DNA of 64,000 nucleotides from Eledone cirrhosa (taxonomy: Eukaryota): assembly GCA_964016885.1 (NCBI GenBank), contig OZ024742.1, forward strand, positions 266,662,001-266,726,000, in the 5' to 3' direction. Every line of letters starts with the position of its first letter. Position 1 is the first letter of the stretch. Shown here piece by piece: positions 38,110 through 50,181 of the stretch. The notes beneath the pieces were generated by a model that had not been told where the DNA came from, did not search any database, and saw only the letters and a program-made list of their open reading frames with translations. A program made the translations under genes and the position numbers.

Positions 38110-39184
38110 AATATTGTTATATCTGGGGAGGGTCATATTGTAATAATATTGCCAGAATTAATAACAGAACACACTCACTGTTTGGTTGGTTTTCGATTCT
38201 GTATCTTTTATATCAGTTAATTTATTCGGTCCTCAATGTTTACCATTAACTGACCAACGGTCAAAAGTACAGATATAATATTGATATAAACACATATATA
38301 TAGTCTAACAAATTTCTTTCGTTGCACATCTGCAACATCGTCAGTGTGCTATTATGTTCCTCCTGTTGTATTGTATATTTACGCCATCTTTATTTAATCT
38401 GTTTATTTATTTATTTATTTTTGTCTTCTTCTCTGCGCATGCGTTTGTGTATGTGTATAGTGTTTGGTGTGTGTTCGTGTTTGGGTGACTGTGTTTTGGC
38501 TATTGTATTCTATCTTAGTTTACTAGTGTTTGTTGTTATTGTGCTTGGGTATATATTTATTTATTTATATTTCTCTTAGGTTAGTATTGTTTGTTTGGGG
38601 GTTGTTATTCCTTCTTTATTTCTGTTTAGCTTTGGACTTCTAAGTTCTATTTCACTTGCCTCTCTGATTTGCCTATCTACTGTGACATTTCTATGTTTAG
38701 ATATTATTTTATTTCTATGTTGTCTATGTTACCGTCATAACAACAAACATATATAAACACACACTAGTAAACTAAGATAGAATACAATAACTAAAACACA
38801 GTCACCCAAACGCGAACACACACCAAACACTATACACAAACGCAGACGCATGCGCAGAGAAGACAAAAATAAATAAATAAATAAATAAATAAATAAACAG
38901 ATTAAATAAAGATGGCGCAAATATACAATACAACAGGAAGAACATAATAGCACCACTGACGATGTTGCAGCTGTGCAACGAAAGAACTTTGTTAGACTAT
39001 ATATATGTGTTTATATCTATATTATATCTGTATTTTTGACCGTTGGTCAGTCAATGGTAAACATTGAGGACCGAATGAATTAACTGATATAAAAGATACA
39101 GAAGCGAAAACCAACCAAAGTGTGAGTGTGTTCTGTTATTAATTCTGGCAATATTATTACACAAATATGACCCTCCCCAAGTAT

Positions 39185-39192
<8 letters not shown>
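38110..39192 (-). mobile_element. Penelope-like remnant: ~430 bp inverted pLTR arms around a GIY-YIG C-terminal fragment
   Basis: 38110-38540 is the reverse complement of 38735-39192; spacer encodes GNIDNIEIK..RQIREASEIE..KLNR on the minus strand; flanked by (TA)n. Confidence 0.85.
38948..38995 (+). ncRNA. Hammerhead-like motif in the pLTR (inverted twin at 38305-38351)
   Basis: CTGACGA-t-GTTGCA(gctg)TGCAAC-GAAA; stems I and III are weak. Confidence 0.55.
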
Positions 39193-39222
<30 letters not shown>

Positions 39223-39994
39223 CATGCAAATGATATATATATGTATATATATATCTACATCTATATCTATCTATCTATCTATGGTTGCATGAAACATTTA
39301 CGAGAAAACGACGAAAGGTTGCCCTTCTGGATGTGGAGCCATTGGTTAATATATTTAGCTTGGTTGCTGTCGTTTCCTGTAAAGGGCTAACATTTTACTG
39401 GATTGCCTCTTGTCAGTCCCTATATCACTTGAAAAGGTTATTAAATCCACATTTCCTGAATATTGTTGATATTTACATATTAGATTTTTAGAATAACCAC
39501 AAATAAATTATTGTTTACCTTTGTATCTTTTGTTCTTTTAAAACCTAACAAATAACTTTTGGACCATCGTAAAAGGAATGGTAAAAAAATTAATGCCAGA
39601 CAAAATAGATAAAAGCATTGGCAGACTGACTATTTGAAAAAATTTCTTTGAAATACTTATAATATTGGAGACAATAGTTATGATTTCAATTGCAAACGTG
39701 ACGACTTTTGCTCGTCAATCTCAGTCTTTAATAGCAGTAGAGAAGGCATCTGGTATAGCTTATAAATAGAACGACGGAAAAATCAAATAATTGTACCTTC
39801 GTATACCAAGGTTTCTATAATATTTTTGATTTCCAATAGCAAATTTTCATTTATCAGTACTTGTTCGGAATCTTGCCCACACTCCTTGGTTTCCCGTGTG
39901 ACTGATCATCCTGTTGGTTTCACGCGATTTGTCCGTGCTATAGTAAGTCAGTTTCGTTTGTCAATTTGGCCGTTCTAGTATGTATGTATGTATG

Positions 39995-42900
39995 TTTTCT
40001 CTTTCTCTTAATTTCGAGTATATTTTTTTGACCGGCCACCTTCCTGGTGGCAAGGTTGTAAAAGAAAAGAAATTGTCATCCCTTGAATCGCAAGAATGTT
40101 TTGCAAATTTTGACGGTGCCAGCTATCGCAGCCATTTGTAGACTTTTGAATTAGGGAGCTGCGCTTTTTGTCCACAAATCCAAGTTCAGTCATACTTTGG
40201 TCCAAGCGGGTTGGTATATAACCCGTAGCACCAATAATGATGGGTATGAAGATGAAGGTGTATCTTGGATACTGGATTTGTAAACTCCTCATCAATGGTC
40301 CGTAGATGTCCTCCTTCTCCTGTATTTTTCTGACAACGTTTACATCAAGTGGGCAGCTGATCTCCACAACAGAACACGTTTTCAATGTGTGGTCCCAAAC
40401 TACAATATCAGGCCGGTTGTGCTTTAATTTGGTGGCAGTTTTTATTTTCAGGTTCCACCAGTATTCCTTAGTGCCATCTGTCTCAATATATTCTTCCTCG
40501 TTTGTTGTTAATTTTGTTTTCCGAAGTGCGTTCCAGATGGTTCTAGCTATCCCATCGTGTCTCATGGGGAGGTAGTAGCGAGATGACATTCTTTCGCAGC
40601 TGGCAACAATGTGGCTTACATCCTCGATCTTTGTTTTACATAGCCTACATTTATTGTCAGCTGCTGGCCCTCCTCTTTTGTGCAGCAGATATTTGGTAGG
40701 GAGTTCTTGTTCCTGTATTGCATAGAGATATCCCTCAAGGTGTGATGTCATAAACTTGTCGGAACTCCATGCCAGGCTTTTTGAGTGGTTTATCCCCTCT
40801 ATGGTCTGTGTTTTACGCCTCAAGTATCCATGCACAACTTTTTCTGTAAATTGGTCAATTTTTTTATCTTGTTTGAACATTGAATAGGATCTTCCGATTT
40901 CTCTGGGTGAGAGATTTATATCAGGCTTTATTCCATATCTCTCCTCCAGATCAGTCGCTATTCTAATGATATTTCTTTTTTCATGGTCATAAACCTGGGC
41001 AAGATGGTTGCCAACCTTTTTCCTCTGTTGAAGGTGTTGCTATCCGAGTCTCATATGTTGTTAATATTGATTTTAGACCCCGGCCACCTTCCATGCGTGA
41101 GAAGTATAGCCTATCCACATCACAATTGATGTTAAAGTTCCCAGTAACACTGAGAAGTTTTCGAGTTCTAACATCCATCTCACTTAGTTCTTGCAATGAC
41201 CAGTTCAGTAGGCCAAATGTTGGCGTTAGAATTGGCACAGCATAAGTATTGTGGGCAATGTATTTGTTGTATGCTGACAGTTCTGATGACCATATTTTCT
41301 TTACTCTTCTGAGGTATTCAGTTCTGGTTCTCTCCTTATTTATGGGTCCATCATATCTGACATTCTCATCCTGTCCAAGATATCTGTAGTTGTCACCTGA
41401 CTGCAGAGGTTGTATTGTCAGGCCGTTCATCTCTAGATCTCTAGAGGAGGGCACAGCTCTTCCACGTTTTACTGCCAAATATGCACACTTGGACTCACCA
41501 AATTTCATTTTGATGTCGGTTGAAAATTGTGTAATGAGGTCCAATTGTTTCTTGATGTCATTGATATTTGGCCCATACAACTTCAGGTCATCAACAAAGA
41601 AAAGATGGGAGATACTTCTGGTCCCACTTCTTTGTCCACCTTGTTTCCTGAGTAGGTAAGATAGTGGATTCAGTGAGAGAACGAAGAGTAGCACTGACAA
41701 GCTATCACTCTGAAAGATGCCCTTCTGGTAATGTATCTTATCAGTCTTAACCTGCTCCTTCTCACCTCTAAGGATCAAACTGGTGTACCAGTCCTTGGTC
41801 AGGCGTTCAACAGCAGCTACCAATGGTTGTGGGACTTTAGCTAACTGTAAAGCCTTAACAATCCACCCATGAGGTACACTATCAAATGCTTTTTGATAGT
41901 CCAGCCACACGACAGTCATGTTTCTGCGATTCTTTGTTGTTTTTTCCTGAATCATTTTGTTAGTTAGTAGGTGATCTATGCAACCCCACACCTCCCTCTT
42001 TCCACCAGCTTGCTCAGGTGTTATGATGTTGTTGGTAGCACAGTGATCCTGTAAGAACAGGTTAAGGCACCCAGTATATAATTTATACATGATGTTTTGG
42101 CAGGCAATTGGGCGGTAATTTTTAGCAAGGGTGGTTTGGCTATTTTTGGGAATGAGGAGAGTAGAGGCAGTTGATAACCATCTGGGCAGTTCTTGTGTGC
42201 CCTTAATGGTTTCTGTAAACAGCCGTATGAGATCTTGCCGATAGAAAGTGAAATTCTTCAACCAGTATCCTGTAATGAGGTCTGGGCCTGGCGATTTCCT
42301 ATTCGACATTTTCTGTAGAGCTGTTTCCAGTATTGACCCATCTATGTCATATTGTTTTGTCTGGACATGTTGGCAGTAGTCCTGTTCCAGTTCTTTTAGC
42401 CAATTAGCTTGTCTGTTGAATCCGTCATCCGTTTCCCATACAGATCTCCAGTAGCTCTCAACCTGTTCTTTTGAAGGGGTGTCATTTACAGAGATTGAGC
42501 TTTTGCCACCGAAGCTGCGATAAACTGATTTAGGATCTCTGGCAAACAATCTATTTAGTACTTGTCGTTTATGTGCTGTTGACTTATATTTTAGTCTTTC
42601 TGTTGTAGCTGTGAGTTGTTGTTTCAACTGGTGTAATTTGGAGTTCAAAGTTTTAAATTTTGTATCTCCAAATCTTCTCTCTAACTTTTTCTTTAGGTCT
42701 TCCTGGTGTTGTGTGAAGTTGCTCTCTATGTTGCATTTCATAACGACTGCGATGTGTGAGATACTTCGTCTCAGGGACAAAATTTTGGTTTTTAAATTTC
42801 GCATCCACGCTGGTTCAGGCTTTCTGTTTGTATCTTGATTGCGTGGTTTTAGATGTGTGTTATATGATAGCAATGTGACAGCTGAAACATATAACAAAAC

Positions 42901-44210
42901 ATTAAGCGTTTCAAATGTCGTTTCTACACCTTTAGATCGTATAGCCTTCAGATAATTGCCAGCTATTTCGTTCACCGCTTCCAATTACAATTTAGTGGGT
43001 TCTTTACTGACTCTAGTGTTGTATGGTCTGTCACTCACATTAAGGCTGTGTATCTCTTGAAACATATCGTTCCATATCACTTGTAGGGAGCCCACAAGTT
43101 TTTGGTGCTCTGTTTGTTCAGTAGAGTCATGAATTTCAGCCTCGTTGTTGATGTGGTGACAATTACTACTAGAGTCAGCTGACCTTTCTCGCTGTTCTTC
43201 AGTGGAAGTGGGATGGATTTCAGCAAAATTGTTGGTGAGCTGTTCACTGTTAGATTTAGCTGGCCATTCTCTTTGTCTGTCAGTGGAGGTGGGGTGGTTG
43301 TCTACAAGGGCTGTATTTGTAGTATCACTCGATTCCGTTAGATGTATCAATTTACATCTAATGATACGTTTTGCCTGTTCGTTTAAATGCTTTGGAGAAA
43401 AGTCTAATTCTGGGTGTTTGGAGTTCCATAAAGTTTTTAGCCTTTGCATAAAACCGAACTTTTGGGGTTCAGATTGTTTGTATGCTTCATATAATACTTT
43501 GTTAAGCTCGTAGCTCCACTGTGTACAACGGTTGTAATTGCGATTTGGTCGAAGGAGACTTGTACTTTTTGCCATGATGAGTTCGTCTATTCACTAATAT
43601 TTCGTATTTATTTTTCAAAATAGTCGATGATCTTCTTTAAAAGTTACGACAAAGTTCTGTCAGAATCAAATTTAAAGTTATTCACAGCTTGAGTAATATT
43701 TCTTTTCAGTTAGTTTTTAATTCTACAACTGTGTTTTAAACGTTGCTCTTGAATCGTTTGAATCGAGAACAAAAAGAACCGTTACTTAGTATATTCCTTT
43801 ATGAATGTAATATAATATAACAACGCTGTATTTATATGTTAAAGTTTATGTATCATTCATATAAATAGGTGTTCTACAACCTATTCACAACATATTCACA
43901 GTTAAAACACTTATATTTTTGTTTCTGAATCGAAAACGTTACTTGTATATTTCTTTATAAATGTAATATAACAACGTTGCATTTATATGTTAAAGTGTAT
44001 GTATCGTTCATATATCATAAGTGTATGTATCGTTCATATAAATAGGTGTTTTACAACACACTTACAGTTCAAACACTTATGTAGAATTATTGTATGTAAT
44101 CTTACCGCGTAATGTAGCTCAACTTTTTCCAATATATGGTATGTTGCCTTCATGTAAGCCGTAATTACACACGTCCGATTATCGGACACTGACCACAACG
44201 GTCGTCATTT
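39995..44210 (-). mobile_element. Full-length R4/Dong-like RLE retrotransposon, family E, in (TATG)n
   Basis: ORF pieces 42985..43575 (QWSYELNKVLYEAY..LWNSKHP..LNEQAKRI N-terminus), 40987..42984 (RT, FVDD), 40008..40880 (CRLC..HIVASC, RHD, RPDIV..VEISCP); (TATG)n at 39978-39994 and 44211-44254. Confidence 0.92.
43760..44082. repeat. Two ~155 bp tandem monomers in the 5'UTR of family E
   Basis: tgaatcga...aaacacttat occurs at ~43760-43913 and ~43927-44080. Confidence 0.85.
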
Positions 44211-44254
44211 TATGTATGTATGTATGTATGTATGTATGTATGTATGTATGTATG

Positions 44255-45630
44255 AGTGGGACTGGCTTTGTGCAGTGCCTTTGCTCACTATAAAAGCTTC
44301 ACGGCACAGGCATTGCTTTATATCTGGAGATCTCTCTACACTTATCGTCACATGGTACCATGGGCCCAGCACTATGTGTCAATAATTGTCACAAGTGTAG
44401 TGTTTGTACCAGAGTTTTCAAGTCGCTGGCTGGACTAAAAAGTCACACTCGTTCAGCGCATCGGTAGGGGTTCTCCTACATGGATATACAGTAGTGGCCG
44501 TACTCGAAAACGAGTTGGCAGCCACTATATGTATGCATGTATGTAAGTATGAATATATGTACTATTTACATGCCCGCCCTTCACCGGATCTTGTATTTCA
44601 TCCCACAGGGTGTCCAAATATCACCCTCCTCCCCAAGCAAGCTTGGTGGGGTTGCCGATTTAGTGCCGACGACCTGACCATCCAAATAGTATTTTTTCCC
44701 TGGGAGTGAAAGGCCCCAGTTGTTGTCACAACACCTTTCTAAGAGAGGGAAACCTGCGACTTCGGAAGCATCTGATGATGTTGACTAGTTCTCCTTTTCG
44801 GGTAGTGTTTTCGATGCTCAGAGAGTGGGATTTGTCGAGTGCAAGGCCTTTCCGCACTTACAAAACAGTCAAAGCACAGGCATTGCTTGTTCAGGATATG
44901 TTACAGATTTGTGTGACTGGCCGTTGCCTAAAAGTGCACCAAACTCTATAATCCTCCAAGCAATTGCAATACACTTCGCAGAGTTTGCAGCCATCATGTA
45001 TGTATGTATGTCGGGTCACTTGAGTGCTACTGGTAACATGTAACCCATTACAACCTGTCACATGGTCGGATCGTCGGCGTCTAAGCCGGCAACCCCAGCA
45101 CGTTTACTTGGTGAGGAGGGGGATTTTGGACACCCTGCAGGACAAAAAACAAAACCTAACAAAGGGCGGAAGAACTCATAAGAGTCAATGGCCATCCAAA
45201 AACGTGTAAATATGTATATACACATGTACATATGTATATATGTATATGCATGTGTGCATATGTACGTATATGCGCGGGGACATAGAAATAGTCGGGATGG
45301 ATACCCGGTCGCGCGGTTAAACTACTGGGAGTCAAGGACCCCTAGCCTTTGTCAGGGCATTCTTCTAGGAGAAGCCAATTCAGGAAACTAGGATAACTCC
45401 GACATAAAACCTGCGGTTCAGTAGTTACCGATGATGTTGATCTTTTCTTCTTTTCGGGTTATAGCTACTGTCACTCAGAGAGTGGGATTGACTGAGTGTA
45501 CAGTCTTTCCTCACTTTAAACAAATCTTCACGCACAGGCATTGCACAATATCATTAATTGATAATTATTAATGATGTTATATCGTGCAATGGCCATACTC
45601 GGTAACGAGGGGCCAGCTATCATATCATGT
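44255..45630 (+). repeat. Cluster of non-coding, RTE 5'UTR-like repeat units separated by (TATG)n
   Basis: gagtggga..gtgca..ctttcc.cactt...gcacaggcattgc at ~44254, ~44823 and ~45480; ctaggagaag...aactccg..aaaacct and ggcaacccc...ggcggaaga resemble RTE leaders. Confidence 0.6.
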
Positions 45631-45639
45631 ATGTATGTT

Positions 45640-48600
45640 CTGGTTTTATAATTTCACAAATTTTTGCCAATAGTGAGAGAGTTGGTTTCTAACATAGTTA
45701 CTAGACTCTCTCATTGGAATGTACAGAACATCAACTAGGTAGATATGTATGTAAGTCTGCATGCATGCATGTGTGTGCGTGCAGGTATGGATGTTATTGT
45801 ATGTGTGGATGTGATGTTTTGAGTTATATGTGTGCATGTGTATATGCTTTGTACCTGTACAAGTGTACATGCACTTATTAGATGCTGAATTTTTGGAATG
45901 TTTTGCATATTTTTACTGTTCCATTAATGGATTGTACTTGTAATTTCCCAACTAGTCATGTTCTTTCTGTTTCTGTGAAGCCCAGCTTCTCAATATTTGT
46001 ACTGAAGCAGTTATTAACATATCCCCGTGCCCCAGTAACCACAGACGTAAATCTGAAAGTAGAGTCATGGTGGAGTATCTGCAGATTTCTCATTAGTTCT
46101 GCATAGATGCATAGATATTCTCCTTTTCACTAATCTTTAATATTATATAGGCATCTGCTGGGCAGCTAACTTCCACTACTGTGCAAACCTTCTTTTCCAT
46201 ATCATTATATCTGGTCTGTTATGCTTGCATTTTATTGGGCCTTTCCACCAGTGTTCTTTCATATTATGTATGTATATGTCTTCCATATTACTGGAATTAA
46301 TGTGTTTATTGTTGGGGCTATCTTTCCTGCGGATTGCATTGTATAGTGATTTGGCCACGACATCATGCCTCATGATATGGGTTACATCTTCGATGTTAAT
46401 TCTGCAGAGTTTGCATTTGTCAAATCTAGGTGTTTTGCCTGCATCCCTATCTCTTTTTTGAATCAGGTATTTTGTATTGATTTCCTGTTCTTGGATTGCA
46501 AAAGCATATCCTTCAAAGTGAGAGCTAATATAGCAGTTGTTGGTCCATGATAGACTTGTTTCCTTATTTATATTACTTCCACTCTGGAGCCTCTTGGCAA
46601 CATATCTATGCATGATATTTTGCTGATGAGCATGCAGTTTTTCATTTATGGATTCACTGCGGTATTGTTGGGAAATTTCCTTGGCTGTGGGTTTTTGATT
46701 ATCATGCAGGGAATAACTTTCAAGAAGTTCCTTCCCAACTCTCATGATCTTATCAATCTCATGCAGACACATTTTCTAAAACAATGGGCTCCTACGCTTG
46801 GAGGTTCATAAATGTCGGATGGATATGATGTGGCACTCAAATATTGTCTGGACTGATGTTAGGCCCCTACCTCCCTGCTTACGTTTCAAGTAGTGGTGGT
46901 CTATGTCACTGATGATGTGGAAGTTTCCGGTGTTGTTTAGAATTTTCCATCTTTTAACATCAATTGCCCGGATTTCGTCTATCGTCTAATCGAGTATTCC
47001 AGACGTTGGTTTTAGGACAGGCATAGCAAATACATTGTGAGCCACTGTTTCATTGTGCGCAGAGAGTTCCGATGACCATATTTTTCTTAATCAGGTGTAA
47101 TATTCCCTGGTTACGCGCTCCCTATTACAAATACCATTTTAGGATATATTCTCATCTATCCCCAGGTATCTGTAGCAGCCCTCGTCAGATATACGAAACG
47201 GTTAGGCCATTGATAAAGATGTTGCTAGATTGGCTTGTAGTTTTTCCCCAATTTACAATCATATATAAACATTTATCTTCATCAAACTCCATTCCTATAT
47301 ATTTTGACAACGTTGTAACCAAGTTGAGATTTTTCTTCATCTTATTTATGTTCTTGGCATAGTGTTTCAGGTCATCCACAAAGAAATTATGGGTTGAGTC
47401 GGTCCTCCTGTGAGCCAATTATGTATCCTTCACATTTCTTGAGCAGAAAGGACAAGGAGTTTAATGACAGATTATAGAGTAACACAGAGAGACCGTCTCC
47501 TTGAAATATACCCCTGTGATATTCTATTTTATAAGTGAAAATAGAGTCCTCCTCTGTTTTTAATTTTAGGATATTAGCCCAAGAAGAAGATAGGTTCTCT
47601 ATGGCTCTGATAGTAGTGTCTGGGACTTTAGCAAGTCAGAGTGCCTCTATCATCCAATCGAAATCTTTCCTGTAGGCTAGCCAGACTCTAGCCATATTCC
47701 TCCTATATTGCCACATCTCTGATATCGCGGTTTTGTTAATTAGGAGTTGTTCAGCACAGGGTCAAACACCTTTCTTTCCAACTGCTTACTCATCTTTACT
47801 GTCACAGTGATCTTCAAGAAATAAGTTCAGGCAGGCTGTATAGACTTCATACATTAGGTTCTGGCATGCAATGGGTCGGTAGTTTTTTTCCAAATAGGTT
47901 TCTTTATTTTGGGGACCCAACCTTATTTCTCCTATTTCTGCTAGTGTCACCCACCTTGGTATATATGTATATCCATTGAGAACTTGTTGATAGAGATTGA
48001 TAAGATACATTCGATAGAATGTCAGTTTTTGCACACGTAGTCGACAATCAAGTCTCTTCCTGGTATTTAATTATCTTGGAGTTTTCCTATCATTATTGAT
48101 ACTGTAAGTTTTTGGTCTAATGCCGGGGCAATAGTTCATTTGGATATCTTTCAGCCTCGCTGCATCTTGGTTGAACTTCTTTTATCAGCACATATTTTTC
48201 TCCAGAAGGAATCTATGTCTTTCTGGGACGTGGTTACAGTGACATTTATTGATTTGCCCCTCATATCTTTATAGATTGGTGTTTGGTTTCGGCTGAATCT
48301 TTTATTAATCATTTTCCTTTCAGCCACTCTTTTCTGATATCGGAATTTCTCATTGACAGCTCTCAATTCTTGTTTGAAGGTGATCAACGAGTATTGAAAA
48401 GTTCATGTACTGTCACAAATATCATTTTTACTTTATTTTTCACTCTTTTTCGGTGGGGAGTGTAGTTTTTTTGTGTTTACAATAGATTTTCGTTGGTCAG
48501 CGATCTGTTTTTCTATTTTTGAAACATACGCTGGCATTTTTTGTGTTGTATAGTTTCTGTTGACATCTCTATTATCACCAAGATAATGCTTAGTTGTCGT

Positions 48601-49116
48601 TGCTAGAGAATATAGACAGGCGTTAATTTGTCGTAAATGTTAAGCCCCGATTTCGTCGATAGCTCGTAGAATTTCTTTATTTTTTTCTTTGTTTGATATT
48701 GTCGTTTTATGTCTTTTTTCAAGAGAAAGTTTTAAACATAAATTAATCTCATTTTGGCAAGTTTCGCTAACTCCTCACTTTACCAACTAATGGTAAACTT
48801 ATTATCATTAACAGTATTTTGATGTTGATGGTCAACGTGACTGCAACATATTGCAGTCGAGGTAAAGTTAGTTGTGAGACGTGGTGTCAAATTTGTCGCC
48901 GGCATGGCTATTTGTTTATTGCTGTGTTTGTTGTTAATTGTCAGACTGGCCACAAGAAAACGTAGTAATATGACAGCCTGTTGATTGTATGTCTGATCTA
49001 TGCGATTTATACGGTTCCTTCTGTAACTACAACTCAAATATTTTATTTACCTTTCTTGTTGCTGTTTTTCTTCGATTCAGGCCATATGCACGACTTCTCA
49101 CGTCAAGTATTTAGCG
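45640..49116 (-). mobile_element. Heavily decayed R4/Dong-like element, family D
   Basis: Fragments NYRPIACQNLMY, HNFFVDDLK, SHFEGYAFAIQEQEI, CKLC, HNRPDIM; TATG repeats on both sides. Confidence 0.88.
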
Positions 49117-49213
49117 TATGTATGTATGTATGTATGTATGTATGTATGTATGTATGTATGTATGTATGTATGTATGTATGTATGTATGTATGTATGTATG
49201 TATGTATGTATGT
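49117..49213. repeat. (TATG)n spacer
   Basis: Directly visible. Confidence 0.98.
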
Positions 49214-50070
49214 TTGCATATTTTTGCCAATAGAGAGAGAGCCGGTTCCTAACATAGATACCAGACTCTCTCATTGGAATTTACACAACATCAACAAGGT
49301 AGATATGTATGCATGTTTGCAAGTAGGCATGAGTGTGCAGGTATGGATGTTATTGTATGTGTGGATGTGGATGTTTTGAGTTATATGTGTTCATGTGCAT
49401 ATGCTTTGTATCTGTACATGTGTATATGCAGTTATTAGATGTAGAATATTTTACATATTTTTATTGTTCCATTAATGGATTGTACTTATAATTTCATAAC
49501 TAGTCGTGTTCTTTCTATTCCTGTGAAGCCTAGCTTCTCAAGAGTTGTACTGAGGCAGTTACTAACATATCTCAGTGCCTCAATAACTATAGGCGTAAAT
49601 CTGAAGGTATAATCAGGGTGGAGTATCTGCAGATTTCTCATTAGTTCTACATATATATTCTCCTTTTCGCTAATCTTTGATATTACATTGGCATCTACTG
49701 GGCAGCTAACTTCCACTACTGTGCATGCCTTCTTCTCCCTGTCCCATATCATTATATCTGGTCTATTATGTCTGCACTTCATTGGTGCTTTTACTGGAAC
49801 ATTCCACCAGTACTCTTTCCTATTATGTATATGTATGTCTTCCACTTCCACATTGCTGTAGCTTTTAATGTGTTTATTGTGGGGGCTATCTTTTCTACGG
49901 ATTGCATTGTACAGTGTTTTGACCACTGCATCATGCCTCATAGGTAAATAGTACCGCGATGACATCTTTGGACAGCTGCTTATGACATGGGTTACATCTC
50001 CGATATTAATTCTGTAGAGTCTGCACTTGTCACATCTAGGTGTTTTGCCTGCATCCCTATCTCTTTTGTG
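49214..50070 (-). mobile_element. 5'-truncated family D copy (RLE domain and 3'UTR)
   Basis: HVISSC..RHD..HNRPDIMIWD..VVEVSCP; 3'UTR aligns with 45660-45950. Confidence 0.9.
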
Positions 50071-50181
50071 GTATGTATGTATGTATGTATGTATGTATGT
50101 ATGTATGTATGTATGTATGTATGTATGTATGTATGTATGTATGTATGTATGTATGTATGTATGTATGCATGTATGTATGTA
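50071..50181. repeat. (TATG)n spacer
   Basis: Directly visible. Confidence 0.98.
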
